From contig SMSO01000014.1 of assembly GCA_004764695.1 (NCBI GenBank), positions 739,648 through 803,647 of the forward strand: a DNA stretch of 64,000 nucleotides, in the 5' to 3' direction. Shown here piece by piece: positions 62,287 to 64,000 of the stretch. The notes below the pieces were generated by a model. That model did not search any database. It was not told the DNA's origin and was given only the letters and a program-made list of their open reading frames with translations. Position 1 is the first letter of the stretch, and every line of letters starts with the position of its first letter. The DNA is from Schizochytrium sp. TIO01 (Eukaryota > Protista > Bigyra: Labyrinthulomycetes). The position numbers and the translations under genes were made by a program.

Positions 62287-63757
62287 AAGTATACACTCCA
62301 CTTTATTTGTGCTTCTGAGCACTCACACCGCTGTTCCTTACTGTTGTTGTTTGAATTTCTATAATAAGCTCATTTTATTGACCAATTTTAGGATCTTGTT
62401 TATACCTCAATTTTCTTTCGTAGCGTCGTTTCTTGAATCTGTTCACCAAAATCTATGAAGTACGGGTTCCTTTAATTTGATGACTCACTACCTTTTAATA
62501 AGCAACGTCGAGAGTTAATTCGGTATATCAAATCTATATTTTGATTCTTCGATTCGTGCCACACCGTTGTTTCATTGCACAGAAACGTGGCATCTCAAAG
62601 CAATCTTTGTGACCTTCACTAGGATATTCTTGCTTTAGCAGCTTCATTCAATGCTTGGCAACTGTGATATCTCTTTTTGGTCTAGAATGTAGTCAAAGTC
62701 TGCCCAGATTAGAAGAAAGGTTTGGGCAGTTGCTGCTTTATTTCTTTTTTTGAGCGAAATTGAAAAGGGGATATTCCAGCAGCAATAAACTTTTATGTAT
62801 CAACTACTAAAAGAAGGGCTGGTGTCGTTGCTGTGAAGTGCTAATTTACCTCTTTTGTAAATGAGTTTGTCTCACGCACTGTAATCTTTGAACTGCAAAA
62901 GAATAGGTAGGTGCATTAAATCTGTCTTTTAGGCCTCCCAATTTTTTTCCTTTTAATTTATTTTTTCTTAATGCCATTACATTGTGGTAATAAGAATGGC
63001 ATGTGTGCAGAATCCCTCTGTGCAACTCATAAGCGAACTTCGAATGGCCCAAGCTCTTCTTTTGTAATCAATACTTGCGCGTTCATCTGGTGCAAAAAGA
63101 TCGGCAAGATGCTGAACGGTTCCTACAGCACTGGACATCAGTACTGCAAACAAGTTTGTATACCTAAATACATTGAAAATAGTAGACAAGGAGCGTCTTT
63201 TCCTGCCTACGATACGTTTGGACGCAGTCGACCTAACCTATTCCGAATCAATAGTAAAAGCCCAAAAGACAAGCTTTTGTCTTTCAATATTCCTTTGAAA
63301 GTACGCTTTTAGAACTCCACAGAAAAACAAAAAACAAAAAAGAAAAATACGAGCAGCCATCGGAACTAGATCATTGCTCTTTATAACTCAGCACATATGT
63401 CACAGTTCTAGCAAGGCACAAAACACCTCTTTCTAATGCTCTGTATATTGATTGTGCTTATTAACTCGAAAAGTGTCATTTGATACTGTAAGCACTTTCG
63501 AGAAAGTCTTTATGGACCGAATTACACACGTGCTCAGGATTCAGTGTTTCTTCAGTATTGACACCTATAAGCATAATCAAAGAAAGTACATTGAAAATTA
63601 CTTGGCAGAAAATGGCTCATGTCTAGAGGGGCTTTGTTTCTTTCTGTGAAAAAGCAAATCTCAAATCAAAGCAAGCGTACTCACTGCGGCCTCGTATCTC
63701 TTTGAGTTTGTATGAATCATTTAAGGAAAGGAGCAAAGTCCTCTAGTTAGCGGAAGA

Positions 63758-64000
63758 ATGAATACCACAGAGGGCCCCCAAACGCAAGAGACCTTGGTTT
63801 CAATCGAACATCAAGCTATGCGGCTTCTTGATGACTCGACCACAAGTACTTTCGGAAATTCCATTCCAATTGTTGTAGGTTGTATTGCTGGATTGCTTGT
63901 TCTGATTGCAGTCGTGGCTTGCTGCTTGAATCAAAGCTTTCCTCGTCAAACTGATGCAAGAGGACTTCCTGTTGCGACTGAAGTTACTGGCACGACTAGT
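63758..64000 (+). CDS. Small single-pass membrane protein (3' truncated by window)
   Basis: ATG 63758, open to the window end: MNTTEGPQTQETLVSIEHQAMRLLDDSTTSTFGNSIPIVVGCIAGLLVLIAVVACCLNQ... Confidence 0.55.
   Translation, partial: MNTTEGPQTQETLVSIEHQAMRLLDDSTTSTFGNSIPIVVGCIAGLLVLIAVVACCLNQSFPRQTDARGLPVATEVTGTTS

Overview
Eukaryotic genomic DNA: gene-sparse, intron-poor and rich in microsatellites. It is probably from a heterotrophic stramenopile such as a thraustochytrid/labyrinthulomycete, which is an inference from gene content and sequence style. Supported genes are: a SNF1/AMPK-like (CAMKL) kinase running off the left edge with a reading-frame break near 1630; an RNASEK/V-ATPase subunit f-like protein; a membrane-anchored cyclophilin whose frame stays open past its TGA; a stand-alone bacterial-type FMN-binding glutamate synthase protein with a mitochondrial-type presequence; a large Rrp6/EXOSC10 paralog that has lost all four DEDD catalytic acids; a secreted subtilisin with C-terminal PA and Cys-rich domains; a tRNA-Val(TAC); a Crinkler-like P-loop NTPase plus degenerate REase-like protein; mitoferrin tail-to-tail with a two-exon VMA21; and two small single-pass membrane proteins. 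Long stretches (about 29.5-44.5 kb and 57.6-61.5 kb) hold decayed coding-like fragments. The best novelty candidates are the catalytically dead Rrp6 paralog and the orphan CR-NTPase gene beside the tRNA. No CRISPR array, rRNA or intact transposase was seen. All family assignments come from motif recognition by eye; no database searches were run.
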